A DNA stretch of 63,696 nt, counting the filler, from Octopus bimaculoides (lineage: Eukaryota), in assembly GCF_001194135.2 (NCBI RefSeq). It is 7 parts of 6 records of this genome, joined end to end, with 100 filler letters (N's around TTAATTAATTAA, not from the genome) between each part and the next. Parts side by side here need not be neighbours in the genome. Positions count along the whole stretch, not along the records: positions 11,580 to 32,410 come from NC_068981.1; 6 more parts are not named here. The stretch is one strand, 5' to 3'. Of the stretch, positions 13,126-25,539 are shown in pieces. Below the pieces are notes generated by a model, which saw nothing but the letters and a program-made list of their open reading frames with translations, searched no databases and was not told where the DNA came from. Position 1 is the first letter of the stretch; each line of letters starts with the position of its first letter. A program made the position numbers and the translations under genes.

Positions 13126-14090
13126 NNNNNNNNNNNNNNNNNNNNNNNNNNNNNNNNNNNNNNNNNNNNNNNNNNNNNNNNNNNNNNNNNNNNNNNNNNN
13201 NNNNNNNNNNNNNNNNNNNNNNNNNNNNNNNNNNNNNNNNNNNNNNNNNNNNNNNNNNNNNNNNNNNNNNNNNNNNNNNNNNNNNNNNNNNNNNNNNNNN
13301 NNNNNNNNNNNNNNNNNNNNNNNNNNNNNNNNNNNNNNNNNNNNNNNNNNNNNNNNNNNNNNNNNNNNNNNNNNNNNNNNNNNNNNNNNNNNNNNNNNNN
13401 NNNNNNNNNNNNNNNNNNNNNNNNNNNNNNNNNNNNNNNNNNNNNNNNNNNNNNNNNNNNNNNNNNNNNNNNNNNNNNNNNNNNNNNNNNNNNNNNNNNN
13501 NNNNNNNNNNNNNNNNNNNNNNNNNNNNNNNNNNNNNNNNNNNNNNNNNNNNNNNNNNNNNNNNNNNNNNNNNNNNNNNNNNNNNNNNNNNNNNNNNNNN
13601 NNNNNNNNNNNNNNNNNNNNNNNNNNNNNNNNNNNNNNNNNNNNNNNNNNNNNNNNNNNNNNNNNNNNNNNNNNNNNNNNNNNNNNNNNNNNNNNNNNNN
13701 NNNNNNNNNNNNNNNNNNNNNNNNNNNNNNNNNNNNNNNNNNNNNNNNNNNNNNNNNNNNNNNNNNNNNNNNNNNNNNNNNNNNNNNNNNNNNNNNNNNN
13801 NNNNNNNNNNNNNNNNNNNNNNNNNNNNNNNNNNNNNNNNNNNNNNNNNNNNNNNNNNNNNNNNNNNNNNNNNNNNNNNNNNNNNNNNNNNNNNNNNNNN
13901 NNNNNNNNNNNNNNNNNNNNNNNNNNNNNNNNNNNNNNNNNNNNNNNNNNNNNNNNNNNNNNNNNNNNNNNNNNNNNNNNNNNNNNNNNNNNNNNNNNNN
14001 NNNNNNNNNNNNNNNNNNNNNNNNNNNNNNNNNNNNNNNNNNNNNNNNNNNNNNNNNNNNNNNNNNNNNNNNNNNNNNNNNNNNNNNNNN

Positions 14091-14441
14091 GTTCCAGTTG
14101 ATCCTATCAACGGAACAGCCTGCTCGTGAATTTAACGTGCAAGTGGCTGAGCACTCCACAGACACGTGTACCCTTAACGTAGTTCTCGGGGATATTCAGC
14201 ATGACACAGTGTGACAAGGCTGGCCCTTTGAATTACAGGCACAACAGAAACAGGAAGTAAGAATGAGAGAAAGTTGTGGTGAAAGAGTACAGCAGGGTTC
14301 GCCACCATCCTCTGCCAGAGCCTCGTGGAGCTTTAGATGTTTTTGCTCAATAAACACTCACAACGCCTGGTCTGGGAATTGAAACCATGATCCTATGACC
14401 ATGAGTCTGCTGCTTTAACCACTGGGCCATTGCGCCTCCAC
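14091..14441 (-). mobile_element. tRNA-derived SINE, family C (possibly the tRNA-Arg-related octopus OR type)
   Basis: Minus strand GTGGAGGCGCAATGGCCCAGTGGTTAAAGCAGCAGACTC...GGTTTCAATTCCC head (A and B boxes) followed by a ~270-bp body. Confidence 0.85.
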
Positions 14442-14469
14442 TGATGATAAGGTATCTATCCATATTTAG

Positions 14470-14722
14470 CCTGGGTTCCCTAGCATAGTGTAAATACAGA
14501 AATGAATTTACACACATGAAAATGCACCCTGTCTTTTGTTTGCAAAAGTCCTTGTATTATTTCTACTGCTTGTGAAAGCTGAACAATGATGGCACACTAG
14601 TTGACTCTTTGCTCCGTTATGCCCACTGCATCCTCACCACATTAGTTGATTGTGTTGAGTGAACATTTCTAGCCTTTTTGGCAAGATGATGTACTCAGAA
14701 GTGAAAAGAGTGGAGATTGTGG

Positions 14723-14724
<2 letters not shown>
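14470..14724 (-). mobile_element. Decayed Tc1/mariner C-terminal remnant
   Basis: Shares gtaaattcatttctgtatttacactatgcta with 17671-17701; weak PQSP...VHFHV similarity to a transposase C-terminus. Confidence 0.35.
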
Positions 14725-14781
<57 letters not shown>

Positions 14782-16505
14782 GTTTAATGTCTGTTTTCCA
14801 TGCTAGCATGGGTTGGATGGGTCGACCAGGGTCTGGCAAGCCAGGAGGCTGCATCAGGCTCCAGTCTGATCTGGCAGTGTTTCTACAGCTGGATGACTTT
14901 CCTAACGCCAACCACTCCATGAGTGTAGTGGGTGCTTTTTACGTGCCACCAGCACAGGGGTCAGAGGAGGCTGGCAATGGCCATGATCAGTTGGAGCTTT
15001 TTACGTGCCACCAGCATGGAAGCCAGTCAAGGCAGCGCTAGCATTGGCTATGTTCAGATGGTGCTTTTTACGTGCCACTGGCATGGGTATCACAAGTATA
15101 ATTTCCATTTGATTTTCATTTTGATGTTGATGTACTTGACTCAATAGGTCTCCTCAAGCACAGCAGGTTGCCCTATGATCCAAGGTACTTTTGACTGGGC
15201 TGGGGTTGGTTATGGGAAACTGGTGTAAGATACAGCTGTGAACTCACTTTATTTGCTGGGTTTTCGCAGTCACAGCATATCTCCAGAGGCCTCTGTCTTT
15301 CGTCATTGCCTCTGTGAGGCCCAACGTTTGAAGGTCATGCTTCACCACCTCATCCCATGTCTTCCTGGGTCTACCTCTACTCCGGATTCCTTCAACTGTT
15401 TGGGAGTGGCACTTCTTCACACATCTCTCCTCATCCATCCATAATACATGACCATACCAGCGCAAACGTCTCTCTTGCACGCCACATCCTATGCTTCTTA
15501 TGTCCAACATTTCTCTCAGGGCACTTACCCTCTGTCGTGTGTGCACACTGACATTACACATCCAGCGGATCATGCTAGCTTCATTTATTTCGAGCCTACG
15601 CATGTCCTCCACAGTCACGGTCCATGTTTCACTGCCATGAAGCATGGAAATTCACACACATCCATCTTACAATCTACCTTTCACTCTGAGCGAGAGGACC
15701 TTTGTCACCTGTAGGGGAAGAAGCTTTCTAAATTTTGCCCAGGCTATTATTTTTCTAGTGGTAACACTCTCTGAGCATCCACCCCCACTATTAACTTGGT
15801 CACCTAGGTAGCGGAAGCTATCAACTACTTCTAGTTTCTTCCCCTGGAGTGTGATGGAATCTGTTTTCTGAGTATCTGAGTAGCTTTCATGTGTGCATCT
15901 GCCACACATGAAAGCTATCTTCTTGGTTAATCTTCCTTTGATGTTGCTGCACCTCGTAAGTGTCCATAAGACACTGGGTACATCTTATGGAGTTTCTACC
16001 TACACCTTTTCTACAGCTTGAGCAGGACCACCTACCTGTAGAGGTGTGTGATGTGTTCGCCTTCCTACTTACTAGAACTTTGGTCTTTGCTACATTGACT
16101 CTAAGGCCTTTTGAATCTAAACCTTGCTTCCATACCCAAAATTTCTTCTCTAGTTCTGGTAGTGATTCTGCTGTGAGGGCCTGGTCATCAGCTTAGTGCA
16201 GCTCCCAGGGGCAAGCCATCTTGAATTCCTCTGTTATTGCCTGGAAGATTATGATGAATAAAAGGGGACTAAGGTCTGAACCTTGGTGGACCCCTACTTC
16301 TACTCGGAATTCTTCACTATACTCATTGCCAATCTTAACCTTACTAATGGCCTCTCTGTATAGGGCCTGTACAGCCCTTATTAACCATTTGTCAATCCCC
16401 AGTTTGTGCATCACCCACCAGATAAGGGATCGGGGGACCCTGTCAAAGGCTTTCTCTAAGTCCACAAAAGCTAAGTATAGGGGTTTATCTTTAGCTAGAT
16501 ATTAG
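14725..16505 (-). mobile_element. 5'-truncated RTE-clade LINE (family RTE-A): RT pseudogene, 3' UTR with ~65-bp repeats, (GAT)n tail
   Basis: DLEKAFDRVPR, GVHQGSDLSPLLF, *ADD (YADD mutated), RYLG, LHGSETW, RLRWYGHV, GRPRKTW; stop at 15244; tail (ATC)n at 14725-14782. Confidence 0.95.
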
Positions 16506-17381
16506 CTAGAGAGTGAGGATGCAGGTAGTATACAGAACAGCACCAGAGAGGAAGAGGGATTGAGAGAAGAGACATCTGGTTATGATGGTGAGAAATCGCT
16601 AGACAGAATGAAACGAAATGAAGGGCAACTGAGTTAGTTGCATATATCCTAGGAGAGACAGAGAGAGAGGAAGAGTACAGGTAATATATAGATAACAGCC
16701 CAGTGAGGAGGAGCAGTGGAGAGAAGAGACATCAGGTAATGGTAGTGGAAGGAGAGAGAGATATCCAGTGTAGATGGTGAGAAGACAGAGATAAAGATCG
16801 GGGTAAAGATTGAGATATCTGGTATTGGTGGTGGGGGCAGGACAGGGTGGGCGCACCGTGAAGAAATGAGTTTAATTTGGGAAAATGGTACGAGGATCTA
16901 ATGAAAGAAGCAGGACTGTTTAGTATAATATACATTCATAGTGTTCATGGCGGATGAGAAATTAAACTAGAGAAATGAGGAATATGAAATTAAACAGGCC
17001 AGGAGACGAGTAATTATCCTAATTTAATTAGTTAGCTTCTGAGAAAATTAACTGTTAGTAAACAGTACTTTAAATAGCAAACAATACATTTAAAGTGTTA
17101 ATGGTGAATGAGTGAATGAAGGATCGAAACAAGACTTAGCTTAGCTTAGCAATGCATAATCATCATTTAGAGACTGGACAAGAATACGTAGGGAACACAT
17201 GGGACAGGGATTTTAAAACAGATAGATGCCATTGGAAGCTAGTTTAGGGGAAATGGTGTGAGGATCTAACGAAAAGGGCAGGACTGTTTAGTATAGTATA
17301 CATTCATAGTGTTCATGGTGGATGAGAAATTAAACTAGAGAAATGAGGAATATGAAATTAAACAGGCCAAGAGATGAGTAA
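16506..17381. repeat. Unclassified purine-rich repeat with a 135-bp direct duplication (possibly PLE pLTR-like)
   Basis: 16879-17013 and 17248-17381 are about 90% identical direct copies. Confidence 0.6.
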
Positions 17382-17399
17382 TGTATGTGAGTATGGGTT

Positions 17400-17737
17400 A
17401 TGTTAAGCAAACATGTGAAATTTTTAAAGTCAAGTTTCCAGGTAAAGGCTTACCAATAAAGAGAATAATACAAATGCTGGTTAAGAAGTAGTGCACTATG
17501 GGGTCAATGTACAATGCCCCAAAATGAAGAGACCCTACAGTTTGAATGCTGGAAATTATTCAGGACATTTGCCAAAGGATTACTCAAACTCCAAAGAGTC
17601 AACTTGTAAATTGGTGCAGTCAAAAGTCTAAAATTGAAGCCATATAATTTCACATGTCAAGAGCAAACGAGTAAATTCATTTCTGTATTTACACTATGCT
17701 ATGGAATTCGGGCTACTTTTTTGTGTGCCACACTGTA
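17400..17737 (+). mobile_element. Tc1/mariner N-terminal (HTH) remnant with terminal repeat
   Basis: TCEIFKVKFPGKGLP...MGSMYNAPK...LKLKPYNF; ends ttttttgtgtgccacactgta. Confidence 0.5.
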
Positions 17738-18038
17738 GATAGATAAATAGATAGACAGATATGGGGTAGCTGACAAATAGATAACTAATTGAGGTTGTCA
17801 GAATGTGTGACTGGATAATTAAGATGAGACTAGTAATAGGGAACCCATCAGTGACATTCATCTCTCTATACATCGCACTGGTAGGTTTGACTGCAGAACA
17901 GAAAGCCTTCTGAAAACTACCTGAACAATGATTGACAATGACTTCATTATGATTGGCATCTGTGGCATATGTGGAGGCTATGGATGTGACTCAAAAAAAA
18001 AAAAAATGAGGTAAGTGTAAAACTCTTGGAGTTCTTGT

Positions 18039-18277
18039 TTACATTATTTACAATTAACGGATATTTGTCCCCATCTTGTTTGTTGTTAACACAACGTTTC
18101 AGCTGATATACCCACCAGCCTTCATCAAGTGTCTTGGGGAAATTTCGAACCTGGGTTCTTATTCCTAAGGTATTTTTCGATGTTATTATTATTATTATTA
18201 TTCAGGTCACTGCATGGAATCAAATTCAGAATCTTAGGGTTAGTAGCCCATGCTCTTAATCACTACACCATATGCCC
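18039..18277 (-). mobile_element. tRNA-headed short element with (AAT)n spacer and hammerhead-bearing tail
   Basis: Head GGGCATATGGTGTAGTGATTAAGAGCATGGGCTACTAACCC...TTTGATTCC (A and B boxes), (AAT)n, then acac-TTGATGA-a-GGCTG...CAGCT-GAAAC-GTT-gtgt. Confidence 0.75.
18088..18133 (-). ncRNA. Minimal type I hammerhead ribozyme motif (C3U variant)
   Basis: Stem I acac/gtgt, core UUGAUGA, stem II GGCUG/CAGCU, GAAAC, GUU triplet; stem III is the palindrome AACGUU. Confidence 0.7.
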
Positions 18278-18597
18278 ATGGTTAGCTGAAGGAAGAGCAT
18301 CTAGCAGTAGATACCAAGTCAGAATTTTGTGACAAATCTATGATTTAGATTGTGGCAACTTGCCAACTCAAGCTAGCATAAAAAAATTCTGCTGATGATG
18401 ATGGTGGTGGAAGTGGTGATGGTAGTGGTGGTTTTGTGTGTGTTGCAAACAATGTCATGGAAACTGAAAACAGATAAAAATACTTGTCTCTCATAGCATT
18501 AAAAATATCATCAAACAGTTAACAATCTACTAGAAACCTGGAACCAATACTACAATTACTTATATAATGTAGTCATTATCTATCGACATTATCCTTG

Positions 18598-18982
18598 ATT
18601 TAACATCTACTTTTCTATGCTTGCATGGGTTGGATGAAATTCATTAAAGTAGATTTTCTATGCCTAGATACCCTTCCAGTTGTCAACCTTATCTGTTTCC
18701 AAGCAAAGTAATATTTCCCAGTGGCCAGACAAATTTTTGCAGAGATTTGCTGAGGAAAGACACTGCTTATATGACAGTGACATTTGTTTATAACAATTAT
18801 GCACTGTCAAGACTAGGAAACATACAATCCCCTCCACTCACACACACACACACTACTAACCACTAAGAATACTTAAGTTAGCCTAGGGTTATAGTAAAAC
18901 ACTCTTACCCAATGTATTACACATTGGGACTGAACCTGAAACTATGTGGTTTGGAAATAAACTTCTTTACCACACAGCCATG
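18598..18982 (-). mobile_element. RTE-tail-like repeat plus SINE family B head (18880-18982)
   Basis: tgcatgggttggatg matches the RTE-A tail; gggactgaacctgaaactatgtgg...cacacagcca matches the SINE B head. Confidence 0.55.
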
Positions 18983-19059
18983 TCTAAAAATAAGCTTCAG
19001 TTTATCCCCCACTCCCTGCACTTATACGCATACATGCTACTTAAAGAGGGATGAGATCT

Positions 19060-19520
19060 GCCAAGGTGAATAACCCTAGAACAGGGATGAATTTAACTCC
19101 TAAGATGAATATATAATACCTGATCCTACCATATATACAATCTGCAAAATTTATCAAAAAATATTAAAAAAAATTAATGATCCTTTTTTTGCAAAGTGGA
19201 GTCATATGTATATTATATCTTGGTTGTGGTGAGTATACAAAAACCATAACAATTTGTGATGCATGCTATATATAATATTTTTACTTCGAAGTAATAGGTT
19301 AAATGGTGAAATGCATCAATATGAAGGGGCACATGACAGAGGAAGGGTTCAGAATCACTATGCTAGATATATTGCAGGAAAATGAAGTATTCAAGTGCTG
19401 TGCCTACAACCCACTGGATTATCAGATTTTCTCACTCACTACAGTTAAATTGATATTTGTACCCCCGTTAAATTGATGCTTATACTTCAGCTAAGATATT
19501 ATTTATATTGCAGTTTAAGC
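19060..19520 (+). mobile_element. Very old Penelope-like GIY-YIG remnant
   Basis: VICILYLGCGEY and CAYNPLDYQIF fragments resemble PLE endonuclease motifs; many stops. Confidence 0.3.
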
Positions 19521-22500
19521 ATAGATCATTTCTTCATTTTAAATTTTTACCTATGAATTATTTCATTTCATTTACTTTCAAAGATAAATCTCTTTATGGA
19601 GAATATATATATGTATGTCTGTCTGTCTGTCTGTCTGTATGTATGTATGTATGTATGTATGTATGTATATATGTATGTATGTATGTATACATATATATAT
19701 ACATATATTTGTGTGTGTGTGTGTGTGTATAAGATATATACATATATATGTATATGTATATTCCAAAACCATTTTGACTTCCATATTATCTGAACTATAT
19801 ATTACAGTTTAACCAAAGACATTATCAGATTAAAGTTACTTACACAACAAATTGCTATTTTAGAAATTTTCTAAACCCAACTTTAACGTTTTCAGTTATT
19901 TTTCAATGTCAGGTGATTCAGGATGCTGCATTAATCATTATATATGTTCTTTGTTTTTTGCACTTCTTTAATTTTATTTCTTTTTGAGCCTTCACCCTCT
20001 CTCATTGAAAATGGTTTTCATCATATTTTAAATATAAATGTTTAGCAGCTAAAAACCAAAACAAAAAGGAATAGGAAAATAATACAATAAAAGTTTACAA
20101 ATATGATTCTAATTTCCAAAGCCTAAAATATGGCTTTGATAGGAAAAGCACATTGAAATAAATATTAACTGCTCCACTTTGGTTTTCCTCTGTAAAAAGT
20201 CATAAAATATGTTTTATGTGTAGATAGATCTAAATTTTATCTGCCAGAAATCAAACCAGAAAGAGAAACAAAATTATTTTGCATTTTATTTTTTTCACAA
20301 AAGGCATTAAAAATTTGTAATGAACATTTTTAGTGGGAACCTGTTTTACTTTGGAATTCTCTTTCTATTGAAGAAGGTATAATTTAAATTGTGATAATGT
20401 TGAGTGGATTTATATGAGTTATCATATGTGTGCGTTTATGTGAATGCGTTTGTGTCTCTATTTCAGTATGGCTGCTACTGAGTAATGTCACAGGTGAGAA
20501 TATGTACGTGTATATATGTGGTTTGTGTATGTAAGAATATGCCAGTGTAGGTAGGTAATTGTCTGTGTAATTTGTTTGCATGTTTATACATACAGATCTC
20601 TTATTTATTTATGTATGCTAGAATATGTCTTATGTTGCAGAACCAATGAATGAGCCAAGCAGCTACTAGTGGTTGCATAGAAATCAGATTTCATATTTAA
20701 AACAAAATAGAACACACCTACATCAAAACTCTCACAAAAATTCCCCACTCATATGTGCAGGCACATTTGTTTTTTATTCTTTTGGCAAATTGATGGGTAA
20801 GTGCTCAATAAATAGAAAAATCTAGTATGGTTAAGAACACATACACATTAATAAAAGGTGAAGGTTCTTTACATAAACATTATTAAATGGTAAACTTTAC
20901 TGCTGTATATATATTGAAACTTACATCAACATAAAATGTATCTGCATGAAGACTATAATTCATGTCACATTCCTTGTTATATAAAACTTACATTATTGCA
21001 ATTAAAACTTGAAAACTTAATTATAGAGAAGTTATATGTTGAGTGGTTTGATTTTATTTTTTACTGGTTAGGATGGAATTGGTCTCAGGAAAGTAGCTGG
21101 GCCCATGCCTTTTGTAAACCATTTAAGATTATAGATATTTACCTGGATAATGTACCCCTTGAAAAAGTGGAAGCTGACAGTTGCAGGAAAACATAAAAAC
21201 AAGAGAGAATCTCATGTAGTTAATCTAATGAGGAGGAAGAATTAGGTGAAACAATTCTTGTTGAAATATAATATGACCAGTTCAGTGCTGATGGAATGTA
21301 GTTTTAACAGTTTTCATCCGTACTTGATAATGTATATGCACACAATGTTGTCTTGAAATTTGGTTTTCTTGTAAATTAATCTAGTAAATAAATATAGACT
21401 GAAATATATTTTCTGCCCATATTTTAATTAATCAGTCCATTAGCAGATGATTGAGTAAATATTCATCAATGTGATGCAATTGAGATAAATGGGATCAAAT
21501 TCATCTTCTGACCATATCTGCTGAAAGAGCTGAACTTAGCACTAGAAGCTTATGAACAGCTTATCAATTTACATTACTTCTGTAATAGGCAATATTGTTT
21601 TCAGCTGGATATCTATTTTCCATTGTCTAGGCCATATGAGAGCTAAATGTCTCAATTCTAGACAAACTGTTGTATCAATGACAGACAATAAACCATTAAC
21701 CTTATTGTTGATTATCCAGTACTCTCCATATAGACACAAACATTTTTATATTGAATATATATGTGAACATTGACTTGGTAGGTTGCATATAGAAAAAAAC
21801 AAAAAACAAATGTGAGTACCAGATGGGATTTAATTTGGCACTTCACAACTGGCAACCTTCTAGAAATGTATTTCATAGATTATTCTCAATATATTAATTT
21901 TAGGTACCACATAGAAGTATTTTATAGAAAGTATTTTAATGGTGCAATATACCATTAGAAGTAGAATATATTTCAGAGATTTACAGTCAAAGGATTCCAT
22001 AATTGGTATGAATCAATTCTATTCTCATGTAAACATCATGATAATGCCATTTTTTCTGCTAAAAAGTAAGCAATTACTTTCAATGCCACCAAACTAGCAA
22101 ACTAGCTGATGCAATGTTGCTATTGTTGATTGTATCATCTATGAATAAATGTTTTTTTCAATATTCAATTAAATAAACTGCAAAGTTAAATTTGTGGGTA
22201 CAAACTGTATTGTCTGTGCATCATGAATCTAGTTCTCTTTTTTAATACAAATAATTCAGTACAGGTAATGTAGTTGTCCTATCAGACAACTACATTACTG
22301 ATTGCACCAAAGAAGTCCTGTAAAATTAATCTGTAATACTATCATTTATAAATATTTTACCAGTGTACAAATTAACAACACATCTCATCCATTATCACAT
22401 GAGGTTTAAAGATAATTTTATAACAACTCAATTAATGGATAATAGGTTGACTCACTACTATCTAGTAGTCTAGTATTACACTGAAATTTGATTTTCACCA

Positions 22501-22619
22501 CCACTGCAAACCTTAAGAATATGAATGATATTTAGCACCATGAATGATTATAATTTTAAATACAGATCATATATATAAGGAATTGAACACAACTTATCTT
22601 AGAAAAAAAGAAAAAAAAA

Positions 22620-23530
22620 AAAAAGCGAATATTCTTTCAGAGCTGTTGAGGCACTTAACTGAATAATCATTTATGTCAGTCCATGTAACTTTCACAAATG
22701 AAATATTTCCATGCACAGAGTCAGAAATTTCCAATCCTTGTAAGATACCACTTCCCACCAATGCATAAATAAGCTCTTTATTTCACAGAGTGTTAAGGTT
22801 AGCTATTATCAAGACGATATTGTTTCCTCTATCAAATACCACAGTTTGAAAAAAGAGAAAAAATACTTTACAAAGACATCAACAGCCATCTTGCAATTTT
22901 TGAAGTCAATCCATTTGTCTGCTCAGGGTTGTTGCTTCTCCAAAATTAGCTTCATGACTTGATAGTTATGGTATCCAGAGGGTCTATATAGACTCTCTAG
23001 TAACAACTTCAATAGATGTTACAATCAACATTTGTACTTTTTCAGGTTTGGAATAGGGAAAACTCCACTTCCTCTCCTGATTTATCATGAAGCTCAATGA
23101 AGCAATCACAGTACCATAAAGTGAAGAATTTTCAATAAAGTTATTCTATATCTCAATACATCATGCAGATGTAGATTCAGTGATCTAAGAAGTTTCAAAT
23201 ACTGAAAGAGTTTGCTACATCCCCATAGAAAATCCAAGCTGTTATCTAACTGTTGTCATTAGAACAGATTCTTTCAGAATGATATTTGGTCAGCTGTATC
23301 ATACATTCCAAATCAAACAACACAGAGGTGAGAAATTATTGATGATAAGCTACAAGTATAGGCTTCCTTTGTTAATGAATTTACACCAAAGCTAGGCAGT
23401 ACCCCTTATAATTTAGTATTCCAGACTTAGGACCTGCAGCATTTTTGACCATGTGGTTGGCAACAACCAATTAAAAATGACTTTACCAGTGACTAGTGGG
23501 TACATCCCATTTTTTGAAATCCATCTAAAA
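22620..23530 (-). mobile_element. Fossil CR1/L2-group reverse transcriptase
   Basis: SLVKSFLIG...GVLPSFG...SLSSIISHLCVV*FGMYDT...QQLDNSLDFLWGCSK, colinear with IKSFL...GVPQGS...NDL..FADDT..LQxDLD; heavily mutated. Confidence 0.4.
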
Positions 23531-24214
23531 GATTACAAGCACATTTTACATATGTGTGTGCATGTGAAATTTTAAGTAATGAAATAATGATTCTTTAAGT
23601 GTAAATATACATTTTGTAGAATGTTTTGAGTGCACATGTGCATGTGTAAGTGTCTGTAGATATATGTATGCATATATAGCATATGCATATATAGCATGTG
23701 CATATTTTTCCCTCTCTGCGTGTGTAGGTTGGGTGCCACTGTGTCAACGTTACAATTTTATTTTAATTGTATTTGTGAAAGTTTTCACTCATAAAGAGAT
23801 GTTTTTTTGGAAATATGTTGTTTTGGGAAAGAAATTATTTTTGTCTTACTTTGTGGTGTGTGTGTTTGAGCATGAGAGTATACATGTGGTTGAAATTCTA
23901 AATAGGGAAAAAGCGAATCACTAGAACTGGTGTATACACACACATGCACATGCATATGCGCCTGCATACACATGTGTGTGCACACTCTCATACACACATG
24001 CATGCACACACAGACACACTCACACACATGCGTGCACACATACATGCATGTATGCACACACACACACACACACACACACTCTCTCACACACGCACACAAG
24101 GAAGATCATTTGTTAATACAAATAAATTCCCATTCTTAGAAACAGTCCAAGACTCACAAAAACTTGCAATAAAATGGTGATAAGGTTGTGTGTAAACTAT
24201 AGATCTTTATTTAT

Positions 24215-25078
24215 TGACTAATGATAGATGGTTCCATGTTTAATAGTGGTTTATACTTGTTAATGAATTGTTTTACTTTATTGTTGGGTAAAAAAGTCTG
24301 AGGAGGAAGATTTTGAAGTTGGGTAAATCCATGTCTACACAGGCAGCAAGTACTGGCTCAGGAATGAAATTAGCTTTTAGTATCTTTTTTAAAAATTATT
24401 TTGTTCTTTGTTCTTTGAGAAGAAATCAAACTTCAAGCTACTTTTTTTGCACTCTTTTCAAAACCTGAGAAAAGTATGCAGGGTGCAAATTTTGATTTTG
24501 CACCCTATAAGAATTTTAGGAGGTGTACATGCACCCACTGCATCCCTTGTTCCTGGATCCATGGATGCAATGTGACTATTTAAGAGAATTTTCCTTGTAT
24601 ATTTGTCACAGATCTGTTGATGGTAAATTGTCATTCTTTTGCATAATGGCCCAGCCATGTGTCCTACGTAATTTTGCTGTCATCCACCATATGTAATTAT
24701 GTGTCAGCATACAAAGCGGACATTAAACGATGATGATGACAAGGAGGATGATGATGAAATTTTCTGTGAAGTTGATTTTTTACTTTGAAGGTTTGGATAT
24801 CTTTAAATTTGAATTCTATTCCTTTTATTAGGTATAAACAAGTTCCACTATTAGTCCTTCCGAATTTTGTCATAGTTGGGTTGGGGATTTGCTTATGTGT
24901 TTTTGTTCCAGTGAGAGTATGTTTTAGTGTTTTGGGTTACCTTTTGCTTTTGATGATTTTGCATGTTTCCAGAATTTTTTCAGTTTTTCATCTTTAAATA
25001 GAATAGGAAGGTTTTCTTGGATGTAGTCAAATATTTTGATGTTTCTGCAGTTGAAGGTTGACACATGGGGTAAAACAT
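24215..25078 (-). mobile_element. Penelope-like element (RT-EN linker plus GIY-YIG) split by two later insertions
   Basis: LPHVSTFNCRNIKIFDYIQENLPIL...KIIKSKR*PKTLK...GRTNSGTCLYL, then QQNYVGHMAGPLCKRMTIYHQQI...SHI, then ACVDMDLPNFKIF...QFINKYKPLLN. Confidence 0.7.
24349..24567. mobile_element. Small MITE-like insertion; related copy at 58676-58770
   Basis: Interrupts the PLE frame; the gggtgcaaattttgattttgcacc hairpin recurs at 58685-58708; ends tcctggatcc. Confidence 0.5.
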
Positions 25079-25125
25079 TTTTCCTTGTTTTGCTTTTTGT
25101 TTTCTTTAGTTCTTGTATGTCAATA

Positions 25126-25510
25126 CACTGAACTGCAAAAGAAACGCGAGGCGTGTGACTGTGAAATATGTTTTAATTTCATTATGTCAGAGATAAATTT
25201 TTTAAATCTGATAAAGTCAATTTCTTGGATGCATTTGACCATAGTCTATGGGCTGTCATGTGTTCTGGTAGTGGGCAGATCCAGCACATCGAGATTGTAG
25301 GGTGTGACATGTTCAATACTGTGTATGCTCTCCCTGGGTGTTCAAAATGGCCATACACCGTCGGTACATGGAGTGCATGAGGCGGTTCACAAAAGTCATT
25401 GGCACCTGTGCCCACATCCTGAGGAAAGCTGTCTCCAGTTTCACATGAGTTGTTGGGTTTGGGACCACCTGGTTCAGCTGTCTCTGGATTCCATCTCACA
25501 AGTTGGATTT
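25126..25510 (-). mobile_element. Tc1-family transposon 3' remnant with terminal repeat
   Basis: NL*DGIQRQLNQVVPNP...MWAQVPMTFVNRLMHSMYRRCMAILNTQGEHTQY* (stop 25313-25315); TA|cactgaactgcaaaagaaacgc end at 25126. Confidence 0.75.
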
Positions 25511-25539
25511 CATCTCACATATTCATTGGGTAATATGCC

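Noticed and set aside
14370-14441. tRNA genes (also 18204-18277, 49690-49757 and SINE B heads)
   Set aside because: Acceptor stems do not pair and each head is followed by a SINE body, so these are tRNA-derived repeats.
20925-21173. 17-nt (20925-20941) and 31-nt (21143-21173) minus-strand exon candidates
   Set aside because: Phases do not chain consistently with the other candidates; such hits are expected by chance in AT-rich DNA.
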